Shown: positions 52,036 to 64,000 of the stretch, piece after piece
How the letters are laid out: each line of letters opens with the position of its first letter
Position numbering within the stretch: position 1 is the stretch's first letter
Source of the DNA: Dudresnaya verticillata
Taxonomy: Eukaryota
DNA: 64,000 bases
NCBI GenBank assembly: GCA_977862235.1
Contig: OZ374558.1
Coordinates: 2,418,001-2,482,000, forward strand
Direction of reading: 5' to 3'
Notes under the pieces: model-generated
Databases searched by the model: none
What the model was told of the DNA's origin: nothing
What the model saw: only the letters and a program-made list of their open reading frames with translations
Position numbers and translations under genes: made by a program

Positions 52036-53310
52036 TTGTTCAGTCCAGCGTCGTTGACGTGTGCTTTGTTTGCTTCCGCCTTTGGCGTAGTTGACTGGAC
52101 TTCGGAGTCCAAGACCGTCGTTTACGTATCGTGTGCGTTTCGCCAGTGGCGTGTGATTACTCAACGTCTCAGACGTAATTGCGCAGTTCAATGGCCTGCA
52201 AGTGGCTGCCCCTTCGGCGGCGCCGGTGTATCCGTCACCCTTCGACTTTGTCGGGAGGACTCCCCGCAACGATGCGCGCAATTATTCTCGCGGGCCCCCT
52301 GGTTCGACCAGGAGGCACTGCGGCACGAGGATCTCATCACCCATTACGCTGTGAGCGGATTTTTGCCAGGGGATTTGCCCCTGACCGTCGTGTGGACGAA
52401 CGAGTGGCGCCATCGCTGCGCCATTCCGAGGGGTTGGCTGCGTATTGCAGCCGGCCAGACGCGTGCAGATGCGCATGCGCGTTTCGTCGTTGACGTGTAT
52501 CGGCGGTTTACCCGCTATCCGGGGTCGGTATTGACGCCCACCGTCTTTAAATTTGACGCTGGGCAGTATCGCACAAATGGCGAGGTTGTTTATGGGGACC
52601 GTCTTGGGACGTTGTCGTTAAGCCATGTGGCTGTTTCGGCTGAGCGACGGGTGCTTCAGGAGGCTAACCTCCTTGGTGTACGCTTCAAAGCGGATTTCCG
52701 ATACTTGCATAGGACGGGCACCTTCTATTGGGAGCGCTGCGTCCGTTGGGAGTGCGAAACGCGCCGCCGCAAAGGCGTTTTTGTACCGTATCAAGATACG
52801 CAAGTCGATCGCATTGAGCGGGAAAAGTTGCCGCATTGCTTCATTCGCGTCCCTTCGTTGTGGCGGGACTTTGAGGTCTGCGAGGGCTTTGCGGCTGAAT
52901 TGCCTCCGTGTGTCACGTATATTGGCTCCGAGTTGCGGACGGATCCGTACTCCCGATGTTGGATCGAATTTTTCAGCGAGTGGGTCATCAACGTAACATA
53001 CGCATGGATGTGGGAGGTGTATGACACCTTCCGGCTCTATTATGTGCCGCCACGCGTAGTCAGCCTCCTTGGCGGGCTTGACTTGACCGAAGTGCTGGGC
53101 GGTTCCAGGAACTGCCAAGAGTTCTGGGATTTACGCCATGTGGCGGATAACGTCAACTGGGACGACCCGGCGGCTGTGCCGCCGGGAAACAGGCGCCGTA
53201 AGGCAAACCGTCCGCGTTACGCGATGAGTAGGAATTATTCCGCCTGTGGCGATTCAAAATGGCGCTTTATATCACCCCTGGTTCCGAATGTAGCCCTGCA
53301 CGGAATGTAG
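52036..53310 (+). CDS. Hypothetical aromatic-rich protein, probably TE-associated; native C-terminus replaced by array sequence from 53253
   Basis: 424-codon open frame with globular-protein composition and no upstream in-frame ATG. The last ~19 aa are the antisense of the ZnF gene. Motif similarity to the antisense ORF of element B. Confidence 0.6.
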   Translation: MFSPASLTCALFASAFGVVDWTSESKTVVYVSCAFRQWRVITQRLRRNCAVQWPASGCPFGGAGVSVTLRLCREDSPQRCAQLFSRAPWFDQEALRHEDLITHYAVSGFLPGDLPLTVVWTNEWRHRCAIPRGWLRIAAGQTRADAHARFVVDVYRRFTRYPGSVLTPTVFKFDAGQYRTNGEVVYGDRLGTLSLSHVAVSAERRVLQEANLLGVRFKADFRYLHRTGTFYWERCVRWECETRRRKGVFVPYQDTQVDRIEREKLPHCFIRVPSLWRDFEVCEGFAAELPPCVTYIGSELRTDPYSRCWIEFFSEWVINVTYAWMWEVYDTFRLYYVPPRVVSLLGGLDLTEVLGGSRNCQEFWDLRHVADNVNWDDPAAVPPGNRRRKANRPRYAMSRNYSACGDSKWRFISPLVPNVALHGM

Positions 53311-54320
53311 GCACACGGGAAACGCTTGGTGTGTTCGTCTCTCTGGATAGATTCGGGTATACGAAAAAGGTCCTCCGCGTTTTCCGTGGCGGTGAGATCA
53401 CGGGAATCGTTTGATTTGGGACGAGAATGCAACTCATACTGGCCCAGGTCCGTCATGGGAGCCTTCGGATCTTCCAGGCTACTGATCTGACTAGAACGAG
53501 AGTCAGATGTGCTCAAGTTCTTCTCTCGTATCTTCTCCATTGGAGTTTCGGATGGCGCAACGAAGGGGCATCTTGATGAACCGGGCTCGTGTGGGATGTT
53601 GAATAGCGGGTTTGGCTTCCAGGCCCTGTTGTCAAAGGAACCCTCGCTTCGGCATTTGACGAGTGTTGAAAGCTTGGCAATACTGTACGGTTCCGGCTCC
53701 ATAGTAGGAAGTTGTAGCATATGCGAGCCCAATGCACTCAGTTGCGTATGTGCATGTCTCTGCAACGTCGAAATCGGGACAGTGTCGAAGTTGCCATGCA
53801 CCCACCCCACCGGACACGTCTGACGGTGCAAAAAGGGCAGCAAATAGCTTTCACCATTGCCACAGATATGTGGCTTCGGGCCTGTCGGTTGCATACGGCA
53901 CAAGGTTGATCTCTTTCCGCCGATTGATGGAATCATCACTCCAGGTGACGGAGAATGTGGTGAAATCGGGTGTGATGCAGCAATAGTTCGCCGTTCCACT
54001 TGATTCGGAGTGAAGGGCGATACAATAGACGTGTGAGGTGCGGGAATTGGACGAAGTATCGGCATTCCCTGAAACAGGAGCGGTGCTGCCTGTTCCATGG
54101 GGTTGATATTACTCTGCCCAGATCCTAGCGGTGAGTAATTAAAGACAGAAGGCACAACAGTCTGGAGCGGAGCCGGGTGATATGACCCAACAGAAACGAG
54201 AGCCGAGTAGGACGGTAGCCGAGCCACTGAAAGACCTTGTCGAATGGAGAGTGGCGTGGGATCCGGGGGTGCGCCGTACGCCCAGTCTATCTGAGAATTG
54301 AGTTGTGTCTGCGGGTGCAT
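53235..54320 (-). pseudogene. 3'-truncated C2H2 zinc-finger copy (361 aa); lacks last His of finger 1 and all of finger 2
   Basis: Matches copy 1 up to ...KRHFES(357), then runs into foreign sequence at 53252 (PQAE*). Also carries S93P, H159Y, C166R, R194L, P282L and M351I. Confidence 0.9.
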
Positions 54321-57300
54321 CGCGGGCCCTTATGCAGTCCTGAGAACAATCTGTGGGAGTCCCCGGGAGCAGTTGCACTTGAATGCGGAAGTATGTACGA
54401 AACGCTTAGCTGTGATGGCCTCTCAATTCCGTCGTAGACGAGGTTGAACGAAGCTTGCTCTGCGAAACAAATATGTACCGGTGATCCCAATAAGGCACCG
54501 CCTGGTTGTGATGCGGCAGCATCAGAGATCGCGCCACCGTCAAGAGCGGGTGTCGTCGGTGGGCCGAGTTTCCCCTCTTCCACGCGAATGGATAGTCTGG
54601 CCCGTACGCATGTGACAAGTGGAATCGGCCAGCCAATGACATTGCTTCGTGCTTTACGCCCAATATCATTCTGTAATTGGCATAAAGGACCGTTGTGGGC
54701 GGAGAGTGAGAGAGGTTACTCCGCCCGGAAGCGGAGGTGAATCTGCTTCGTGTTTACGACGCATTCTCTACGTCCTTCTGCCGCTCTCGTAAGGGTAACC
54801 GTATCGCATCCTCTCAGGCTGTACTTTGCGGGCGTTTGGCCGCCCGGTCCGCTATTTCCGACAGCCTCAGGTACCTACCGCACTGTCAGTACCGCGTGCT
54901 GGTGGCAGTGAGAATACTATTTTCTTTCAGTCCAGAAACGTTTGCTACATTCCGGCTGCTCAGCTATCTACAGATGGCTGCTGATTTCGTGCCATGGCCT
55001 TCCGAAACAGCCCTTCTGTTCAACACCTTCTCGGCTATTCGGGAGAGGTAGAATAAGAAGGGGTCATTTCGCCTAGACGATGCGAATGTGCCAGCCTACC
55101 TCGGGCTTCACATGCCCTAAGTGTTGGGCAGGCGCATGTTGTAAAGCGGTGGTTGTAGTTGTAGCACCGGGGAGCGTTTTGAGATTCTGGGGAGCGCATA
55201 AATGTGCAAAAACGAGCCCTTTTTGGGTGGCAACTTCCGACACGTGTAGTTTTCCCTTAGATCGCCTCCAGTAGGGCACTCCTCGGCGGGGGGTGTTTCT
55301 GGTTATTTGATAAGTCAACTGCCTCGTTCTTTGGAGAGGAAGGTAATGTGGCCCGTCTTTTGAGTAACCTGTAGATAACCATCACAAAACGAGAATATGG
55401 GCTTAAAACAAGCAGAAAATCAAAACAAACTTGACGTATGTTGGGTCAACGTACTCCACACTCTCAAACTGTCGAAGCGACGCTCTAGTCACCCGAACCC
55501 GCCCCAACTCGCGCGATCTGCCCCAGCTCGCACGATTGACCTATGTCAAGCGGGAGGCGGGATGAGCGCGTGGGCACCAGCAGCGCGGCGACAACCGCGG
55601 CAGCCATGGAGTCACCATCGTTGTGCGGGAAGCTTTTCGACAAGTGGCGTCTACGCTGCCTCGCAGACTCGAGCATGCATAAATCAGGATGCATTGAAAG
55701 CGATGCGCACGAGGTGGGCAGTATCAAGACAGAACAGGCACTACAGACAGCTCAGTTGAGATCAAGTGGAGCGCGGTGCAATGTTGAAGCAGCTGGCCAT
55801 AATCCATAAAGTGCAGGCCACACAGACCGTATGTTGGAGCAACACAATCAAGTAACAGCACGTGAAGAGCAGTTGTGCCATTGTAGCGGTAGTGTCTGCG
55901 AGGCACGGCAGAGCAGGAGTTCTTTCATAGCTGCTTTGCCAGGGCCGGCACATGCACAAACGGAGGGGAAGGATGGCGCTACTGCGGAAAAGTTCTCTGC
56001 GAGAGTGCGGAACCGGTACAGTACGCAAAGGGACAGAACTCTGGGATCCATGGTGCTCAGATACATAGTGCGAAGCGCTGAGGATACATCGAAGAAGCGG
56101 AAGGGATCGGTGTGGCAGTGCGCGCGAGCGATCGCGTACAAGAGGCAACGAGCTCGCCGGGACGCCCGACAATTCTGGAAAAGCCGGATGCAAGCCAGCT
56201 GCGAGTCCGGTGGTGTAAGGGGATTCTAAGTTACTACGGGATTGCTTCAGTTCTTGCACACAGTGGCACATCAACGCTTTGAGTATCTGGTACCGGCGCC
56301 GTACCGTCGTGTTCCCGTCATTGTCCCGTCATGGTACCGCCATGGTACCTTCGTCTTCCCGTCGTCTTCCCGCCGTCGTCCCGTCGTCTTCCCGCCGTCG
56401 TCCCGTCGTCGTCCCGTTGTCGTCCCGTCGTCGTCCCTTCGTCTTCCCGTCGTCTTCCCGCCGTCGTCCTGTCGTCGTCCCGTCGTCGTCCCGTCGTCGT
56501 CCCGTCGTCGTCCCGTCGTCGTCCCGTCGTCGTCCCGTCGTCGCTCCGGTAAGTTTGCACAGGAAACGGAAGGCTCTACAGCGTGTTACAAGCATTCAAG
56601 GCGCAAATGGCGGCGCAGCTGAGGGAACAGCTGACGGCGCAGCTAATGGTGCAGCTGACGGCAGAGCTGACGACGCAGCTGACGACGCCAGCAGCTGACG
56701 GCGCACCGTTAATCGGCATGTCCGACTACATTTCTACGTCCGCTGGCTGGTTGCATCGAGCGACTGTAACAGAACCTGCACAAACGGAACTGTCATCGCT
56801 TTGCGCATCACGATCAATGCGTACAGCTCTAATTGCACGCTTCGTCGAACTGGGAAGGCCGTGTTTACCATATGTGTATAATTGTTCAACGCAGATAAAC
56901 GGAAGTAGAACGGATCCGTTTCCATTTTCTACTGCTGTTGGCGACCTAACACGAGAAGCTTTGCTCGCAGCAACGCGTGCAACGCGAATGTGTTCATCCA
57001 TGACGCTGACTGTCGCTGTGCCATGTTGCTACGGAAATGCCACCATTTTAGTCGCCGCGCACTGCGCCAGTCGTCGCCAGTCAATCGCGCCGCAATCACA
57101 CTACCGTCAAAGCATAGAAAGCAGAGAAAGCATAGTACCGTTGCGAGCCGCCTGACCAGTGCTCTTCACAGCAAGCGCTATCGCAGCCCCTTCTCGTTAC
57201 CGACGCCCCCGACGCGTACGAACAATGCGCAAATCCGTTGCTGGCATGACACGTTAAGTGACAACCATATGTGAACACAGTCGCTACTGACTGTTACTGG

Positions 57301-59139
57301 TGCGGCGTTAATCAGTGGTGTCCACTCCACGTAGAAAACACAAATGCGCGTCGCGTCGCACCGGCTCCGAAGCCGCGATAGCTGCGTATACTCCAGCCGC
57401 CGTCTTTGATGAAGAAACGTTCATAGCAGTGCCCTGGACAGGCTCTGTTCATCGGGTGTGTGTGTGTGGCTTGACGCCATTGTTACACAACAAGGTCAAA
57501 GAGAGTTTTGCGGACGCTGAACTCAGCGTCAAGGAGATGGCGTACAAATCGATACTACAAGGTGAGACGACGAGCCGTGATGTTGGGGATGCACAGTCGG
57601 AGCGGTGCGAGAGGCAGTGCTGGTGGCAGACAATAGGCGGACTGAAGCTGAAATGGGATTCTGGGCGTCTCCTGAATTGGGGAGAAGGATGGGTTCGATT
57701 GGCTACCGTATTTCAGGATTGCAGAGCCAATCAACACCGGCCAACACCGTACCGGCTGTTGTGCGAGCGCTTTTTGGACGGATTTCGGGCAGATAGAATT
57801 GATCCGCCGGCGGATTCTGGGAACTGCGCTGAGGGTGATGCCACCCCGAAGAGCATGTGTCCGCGCATGCATTACGCTCGCTGAGACCCCAGCAGCCGCT
57901 CCGCGCCGCCGCCCTGCCGGGTACGCAACGTGGATCACAAAACCAGTGGCCGCGCGCTAGTGCACGCCATGACGCAGCAGTTGGTCTAAGCGCTGCGCCG
58001 TCGATACTTCACCGGGATTGCGAGCAGACCGTTGGGACTGGTGAGGGGAGCTCCATGGGGAGCTCCATGGCCGAGGCAAAACGTGAAGTTCCATAAAACA
58101 TGTGCTGTTCGTCGTTGGCGCCATTGCAACGGGGCGCGGCAAGATACTGAAGTCGGCGGTCGGCTGGAGGGGAAGCGGCGGCCTGGCGCAGAGACTGAGA
58201 GAGATGGGCCTTTATCGGATGTGGTCAAAATACTGTCGAGACAGATCCCGAGAACTTGCAAGCGCCCTGACGGTGGTCTGGGCGGTCCAAGCGAACGCCC
58301 TGCGAAGACTAGATTTTGAGTGCGATGAGTTGCGGAGATGTAGGACTGATTCCCTAAATATTTCGTGAAGCATGAACGGTGCTGATAATACGGGGCGGGA
58401 CTGCGGCAGCAGGACTCTTCGTGTTCAGTGCTAGAAGACATGTTCTACTTGGGTATTGGAGAGAATGAATTTCAGTACTGGGTGTTGTTGTTGCGGGAGG
58501 GGAATTTCGATGAGATCATTAGGTGATGCTGCCTGCTCTATTCAGGTCTGGAGCTCAGAAGAATGGACGCAGATCTGGGAAAGGCTGACTAGGCGCGCAT
58601 GGGTTGGCGGGTTTGGTGCGATGATCTGTTGGAGTCGGCAGCATTCAGGCGTGGGGCTTGTTTGACAGGGACGCAGTGGAGGGGCTATCGCAACACATGG
58701 GCTCTGTGGCCGGGCATGTCTACGGATTGGAAGGGTGCTCTATTTGGACGAGGCGATGGGAAGGCGCAATTATGAAAGCGTGCGAAGCTCTTCATGGCCA
58801 TACCTGTTGATATTGAGTCGGCGTGGAAGAGCGCACGAGCTGGGGCATCTGAAGGACCGAGTTGTAGCAGACGGCTATTCGGGAGACGCAGAAAAAGAGG
58901 ACATCTCGCCTAGACGATGCGGATGTTCCAGCCTACCTCGGGCTTCACATGTCCTAAGTGTTGGGAAGGCGCATGTTGTGAAGATCGGATTGGAGACATG
59001 CCAGTTGAACATGAACGAGAACTGGGTAGTTTCGAGGGTCATTCCAGGTGAGTCTCTTGCATTTGGGAGTGCTTCAGCTTTCGGTGTCATTTTCGCTGAC
59101 AGGAATCTGAATTTGAGGTAGTGCAAAACCTTCTTGGGT

Positions 59140-59176
<37 letters not shown>

Positions 59177-62100
59177 GTGACGTGAAAGGATTGTAGCCCC
59201 TTCAATCCCGGTGGGGGATATATCAATATATATCAGATATCACCTAGATATCTCGTTGCGGATTGATGCCGGAGTGTTTGCCCTGCCAGTCGAAAAACTG
59301 TGGAACTTGCGCGGCCGCGGTGGCGACTTGGTAAGATCACAGCACATTTACGGATAGACCAGGTCATTCCGTTGCGTTGAGCCCAGTCTTGGCAAACTTG
59401 GAGGGCAGTACGGAGAGTATGGGCCGAGTTGACGTGTCAGATGCAGTCATCAGCGAATAGTCGCCCGGGTGTGGGGGAAGGCGGGGGCCAGCAGGCCTCA
59501 TTCTCATCGCCGATTGGCCATGCGCAATTTGATCCCAGATATTTCGTACAGAGCGCGGAGCGACGCTGAGCGGCAATCGCACCTGCCACCTCCATCCTGG
59601 CCGTGATCCCTCCTCAGCCCACAAGTCCCTCTACCACCTTCGTCGACCTCATGTTCTCGTCCGAGTCGCGCCAGCGCCCACCACGGCCGTGATCTACACG
59701 GTAGCCTCGTGGCCTCTCTTCGCCGCGCGCAGCCTTCTCAATTTCTGGACCGCGTGATTCCCTGCCTGTGCTCTGGTGAAAACTTTCTTAACGTCTCCTC
59801 GCTGTCTACACCACTGGCCCAACCGCCTTCTCGCTGCGTGGACCTCTATCTCCCGATCTACATCCTTACTTCCTCAATCCTTCGAGCTTTTCAGACGGCG
59901 ACAAAAAGAGCACGTGCTCTTGAATCGTGCGATAAGCACTAGTAGTAGTACACTTTATTCAAAGAAGAAAGCTGGAGTCCCTTTGGGGGCTTAATTTCTG
60001 GCATAACGTGCTCTGCAGTCAGCGAGCCTGCGGAGATTGACCGCGACCGCTACGTATTGAAGAACAACAGTGGTCAACAGAGCGTGTTCATCTCCTTTAT
60101 GCAACGTAAACGCAAAGGCACTTTATCAACTAAGATGCTATCGGTGATTCACTCACAACATACAACGACAGTGGGAAGAAATTCTATCGCTTCGTAAACT
60201 TTAAAGTCCAGAACGTATGGCGGGCATTCGGAACAGGAATGATAAGTAAAGGATTCCTGACGAGGACGCTGCGTCTCTCCGTTATCAACAATCTGCACCT
60301 GCGCCACGAAACACAATACACCGCCAGCTACTAGCCCGCATTGTTATTAATCGCTGCGGTCCCGGGGGCTCTTTTGTCGGCTGGTCCGTTATAGGGTTTG
60401 TATCTGTGTTTCCTATGGTGATGCTTCTTCAATACAGAAGCCCTGGTGGTGACCAATGAACAGCATGGGCAACCAAACCTGCGATGCTTCTTGTGGATGC
60501 TTTCAAAATGGCGCTTCATATCACCCCTGGTTCCGAATGTAGCCCTGCACGGAATGTAGGCACACGGGAAACGCTTGGTGTGTTCGTCTCTCTGGATAGA
60601 TTCGGGTATACGAAAAAGGTCCTCCGCGTTTTCCGTGGCGGTGAGATCACGGGAATCGTTTGATTTGGGACGAGAATGCAACTCATATTGGCCCAGGTCC
60701 GTCATGGGAGCCTTCGGATCTTCAGGGCTACTGATCTGACTAGAACGAGAGTCAGATGTGCTCAAGTTCTTCTCTCGTATCTTCTCCATTGGAGTTTCGG
60801 ATGGCGCAACGAAGGGGCATCTTGATGAACCGGGCTCGTGTGGGATGTTGAATAGCGGGTTTGGCTTCCAGGCCCTGTTGTCAAAGGAACCCTCGCTTCG
60901 GCATTTGACGAGTGTTGAAAGCTTGGCAATACTGTACGGTTCCGGCTCCATAGTAGGAAGTTGTAGCATATGCGAGCCCAATGCACTCCGTTGCGTATGT
61001 GCATGTCTCTGCAACGTCGAAATCGGGACAGTGTCGAAGTTGCCATGCACCCACCCCACCGGACACGTCTGACGGTGCAAAAAGGGCAGCAAATGGCTTT
61101 CACCATTGCCGCAGATATGTGGCTTCGGGCCTGTCGGTTGCATACGGCACAAGGTTGATCTCTTTCCGCCGATTGATGGAATCATCACTCCAGGTGACGG
61201 AGAATGTGGTGAAATCGGGTGTGATGCAACAATAGTTCGCCGTTCCACTTGATTCGGAGTGAAGGGCGATACAATAGACGTGTGAGGTGCGGAAATTGGA
61301 CGAAGTATCGGCATTCCCTGAAACAGGAGCGGTGCTGCCTGTTCCATGGGGTTGATATTACTCTGCCCAGATCCTAGCGGTGAGTAATTAAAGACAGAAG
61401 GCACAACAGTCTGGAGCGGAGCCGGGTGATATGACCCAACAGAAACGAGAGCCGAGTAGGACGGTAGCCGAGCCACTGAAAGACCTTGTCGAATGGAGAG
61501 TGGCGTGGGATCCGGGGGTGCGCCGTACGCCCAGTCTATCTGAGAATTGAGTTGTGTCTGCGGGTGCATCGCGGGCCCTTATGCAGTCCTGAGAACAATC
61601 TGTGGGAGTCCCCGGGAGCAGTTGCACTTGAATGCGGAAGTATGTACGAAACGCTTAGCTGTGATGGCCTCTCAATTCCGTCGTAGACGAGGTTGAACGA
61701 AGCTTGCTCTGCGAAACAAATATGTACCGGTGATCCCAATAAGGCACCGCCTGGTTGTGATGCGGCAGCATCAGAGATCGCGCCACCGTCAAGAGCGGGT
61801 GTCGTCGGTGGGCCGAGTTTCCCCTCTTCCACGCGAATGGATAGTCTGGCCCGTACGCATGTGACAAGTGGAATCGGCCAGCCAATGACATTGCTTCGTG
61901 CTTTACGCCCAATATCATTCTGTAATTGGCATAAAGGACCGTTGTGGGCGGAGAGTGAGAGAGGTTACTCCGCCCGGAAGCGGAGGTGAATCTGCTTCGT
62001 GTTTACGACGCATTCTCTACGTCCTTCTGCCGCTCTCGTAAGGGTAACCGTATCGCATCCTCTCAGGCTGTACTTTGCGGGCGTTTGGCCGCCCGGTCCG

Positions 62101-64000
62101 CTATTTCCGACAGCCTCAGGTACCTACCGCACTGTCAGTACCGCGTGCTGGTGGCAGTGAGAATACTATTTTCTTTCAGTCCAGAAACGTTTGCTACATT
62201 CCGGCTGCTCCGCTATCTACAGATGGCTGCTGATTTCGTGCCATGGCCTTCCGAAACAGCCCTTCTGTTCAACACCTTCTCGGCTATTCGGGAGAGGTAG
62301 AATAAGAAGGGGTCATTTCGCCTAGACGATGCGAATGTGCCAGCCTACCTCGGGCTTCACATGCCCTAAGTGTTGGGCAGGCGCATGTTGTAAAGCGGTG
62401 GTTGTAGTTGTAGCACCGGGGAGCGTTTTGAGATTCTGGGGAGCGCATAAATGTGCAAAAACGAGCCCTTTTTGGGTGGCAACTTCCGACACGTGTAGTT
62501 TTCCCTTAGATCGCCTCCAGTAGGGCACTCCTCGGCGGGGGGTGTTTCTGGTTATTTGATAAGTCAACTGCCTCGTTCTTTGGAGAGGAAGGTAATGTGG
62601 CCCGTCTTTTGAGTAACCTGTAGATAACCATCACAAAACGAGAATATGGGCTTAAAACAAGCAGAAAATCAAAACAAACTTGACGTATGTTGGGTCAACG
62701 TACTCCACACTCTCAAACTGTCGAAGCGACGCTCTAGTCACCCGAACCCGCCCCAACTCGCGCGATCTGCCCCAGCTCGCACGATTGACCTATGTCAAGC
62801 GGGAGGCGGGATGAGCGCGTGGGCACCAGCAGCGCGGCGACAACCGCGGCAGCCATGGAGTCACCATCGTTGTGCGGGAAGCTTTTCGACAAGTGGCGTC
62901 TACGCTGCCTCGCAGACTCGAGCATGCATAAATCAGGATGCATTGAAAGCGATGCGCACGAGGTGGGCAGTATCAAGACAGAACAGGCACTACAGACAGC
63001 TCAGTTGAGATCAAGTGGAGCGCGGTGCAATGTTGAAGCAGCTGGCCATAATCCATAAAGTGCAGGCCACACAGACCGTATGTTGGAGCAACACAATCAA
63101 GTAACAGCACGTGAAGAGCAGTTGTGCCATTGTAGCGGTAGTGTCTGCGAGGCACGGCAGAGCAGGAGTTCTTTCATAGCTGCTTTGCCAGGGCCGGCAC
63201 ATGCACAAACGGAGGGGAAGGATGGCGCTACTGCGGAAAAGTTCTCTGCGAGAGTGCGGAACCGGTACAGTACGCAAAGGGACAGAACTCTGGGATCCAT
63301 GGTGCTCAGATACATAGTGCGAAGCGCTGAGGATACATCGAAGAAGCGGAAGGGATCGGTGTGGCAGTGCGCGCGAGCGATCGCGTACAAGAGGCAACGA
63401 GCTCGCCGGGACGCCCGACAATTCTGGAAAAGCCGGATGCAAGCCAGCTGCGAGTCCGGTGGTGTAAGGGGATTCTAAGTTACTACGGGATTGCTTCAGT
63501 TCTTGCACACAGTGGCACATCAACGCTTTGAGTATCTGGTACCGGCGCCGTACCGTCGTGTTCCCGTCATTGTCCCGTCATGGTACCGCCATGGTACCTT
63601 CGTCTTCCCGTCGTCTTCCCGCCGTCGTCCCGTCGTCTTCCCGCCGTCGTCCCGTCGTCGTCCCGTTGTCGTCCCGTCGTCGTCCCTTCGTCTTCCCGTC
63701 GTCTTCCCGCCGTCGTCCTGTCGTCGTCCCGTCGTCGTCCCGTCGTCGTCCCGTCGTCGTCCCGTCGTCGTCCCGTCGTCGTCCCGTCGTCGCTCCGGTA
63801 AGTTTGCACAGGAAACGGAAGGCTCTACAGCGTGTTACAAGCATTCAAGGCGCAAATGGCGGCGCAGCTGAGGGAACAGCTGACGGCGCAGCTAATGGTG
63901 CAGCTGACGGCAGAGCTGACGACGCAGCTGACGACGCCAGCAGCTGACGGCGCACCGTTAATCGGCATGTCCGACTACATTTCTACGTCCGCTGGCTGGT
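53253..64000. repeat. Same ~7.2-kb tandem array, right block (runs off window end)
   Basis: Identity resumes at TTCAAAATGGCGC (53253, equivalent to 3738 of unit 1). The marker recurs at 56543 and 63792 (period 7249). Orientation matches the left block. Confidence 0.98.
60331..61569 (-). CDS. C2H2 zinc-finger protein, copy 6 (A114V, C166R)
   Basis: Intact 412-aa ORF with both fingers. Confidence 0.85.
   Translation of the reverse strand: MHPQTQLNSQIDWAYGAPPDPTPLSIRQGLSVARLPSYSALVSVGSYHPAPLQTVVPSVFNYSPLGSGQSNINPMEQAAPLLFQGMPILRPISAPHTSIVSPFTPNQVERRTIVASHPISPHSPSPGVMIPSIGGKRSTLCRMQPTGPKPHICGNGESHLLPFLHRQTCPVGWVHGNFDTVPISTLQRHAHTQRSALGSHMLQLPTMEPEPYSIAKLSTLVKCRSEGSFDNRAWKPNPLFNIPHEPGSSRCPFVAPSETPMEKIREKNLSTSDSRSSQISSPEDPKAPMTDLGQYELHSRPKSNDSRDLTATENAEDLFRIPESIQRDEHTKRFPCAYIPCRATFGTRGDMKRHFESIHKKHRRFGCPCCSLVTTRASVLKKHHHRKHRYKPYNGPADKRAPGTAAINNNAG

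Noticed and set aside
48300..53252. 3' LTR for element B or A
   Set aside because: No second copy of either putative LTR was found in the window.

Overview
Eukaryotic, repeat-dominated window. The Gypsy gag style and the intron-poor C2H2 gene tentatively suggest a red alga, which is inference only. About 40 kb (1-29235 and 53253-64000) is a near-identical ~7.2-kb tandem array. Each unit carries an intact 412-aa two-finger C2H2 zinc-finger ORF, an 11-bp CCCGTCGTCGT minisatellite, a length-variable poly-G tract and two related remnants that look like retroelement 3' ends. A ~24-kb non-array block interrupts the array and replaces part of one unit. It contains a decayed CRE-type (restriction-like endonuclease) non-LTR retroelement end, an intact-ORF casein kinase 1-like pseudokinase, a ~0.6-0.8-kb CTG/CCAAT-rich tandem repeat, and nested Ty3/Gypsy elements. 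One of these is a chromodomain-bearing element with a long decayed antisense ORF 3' of pol and strong TCGACG enrichment. A second, divergently oriented ORF next to it appears to be a distant homolog of that antisense protein, suggesting an unnamed retrotransposon accessory-protein family. All calls are from manual reading; no database searches were run.
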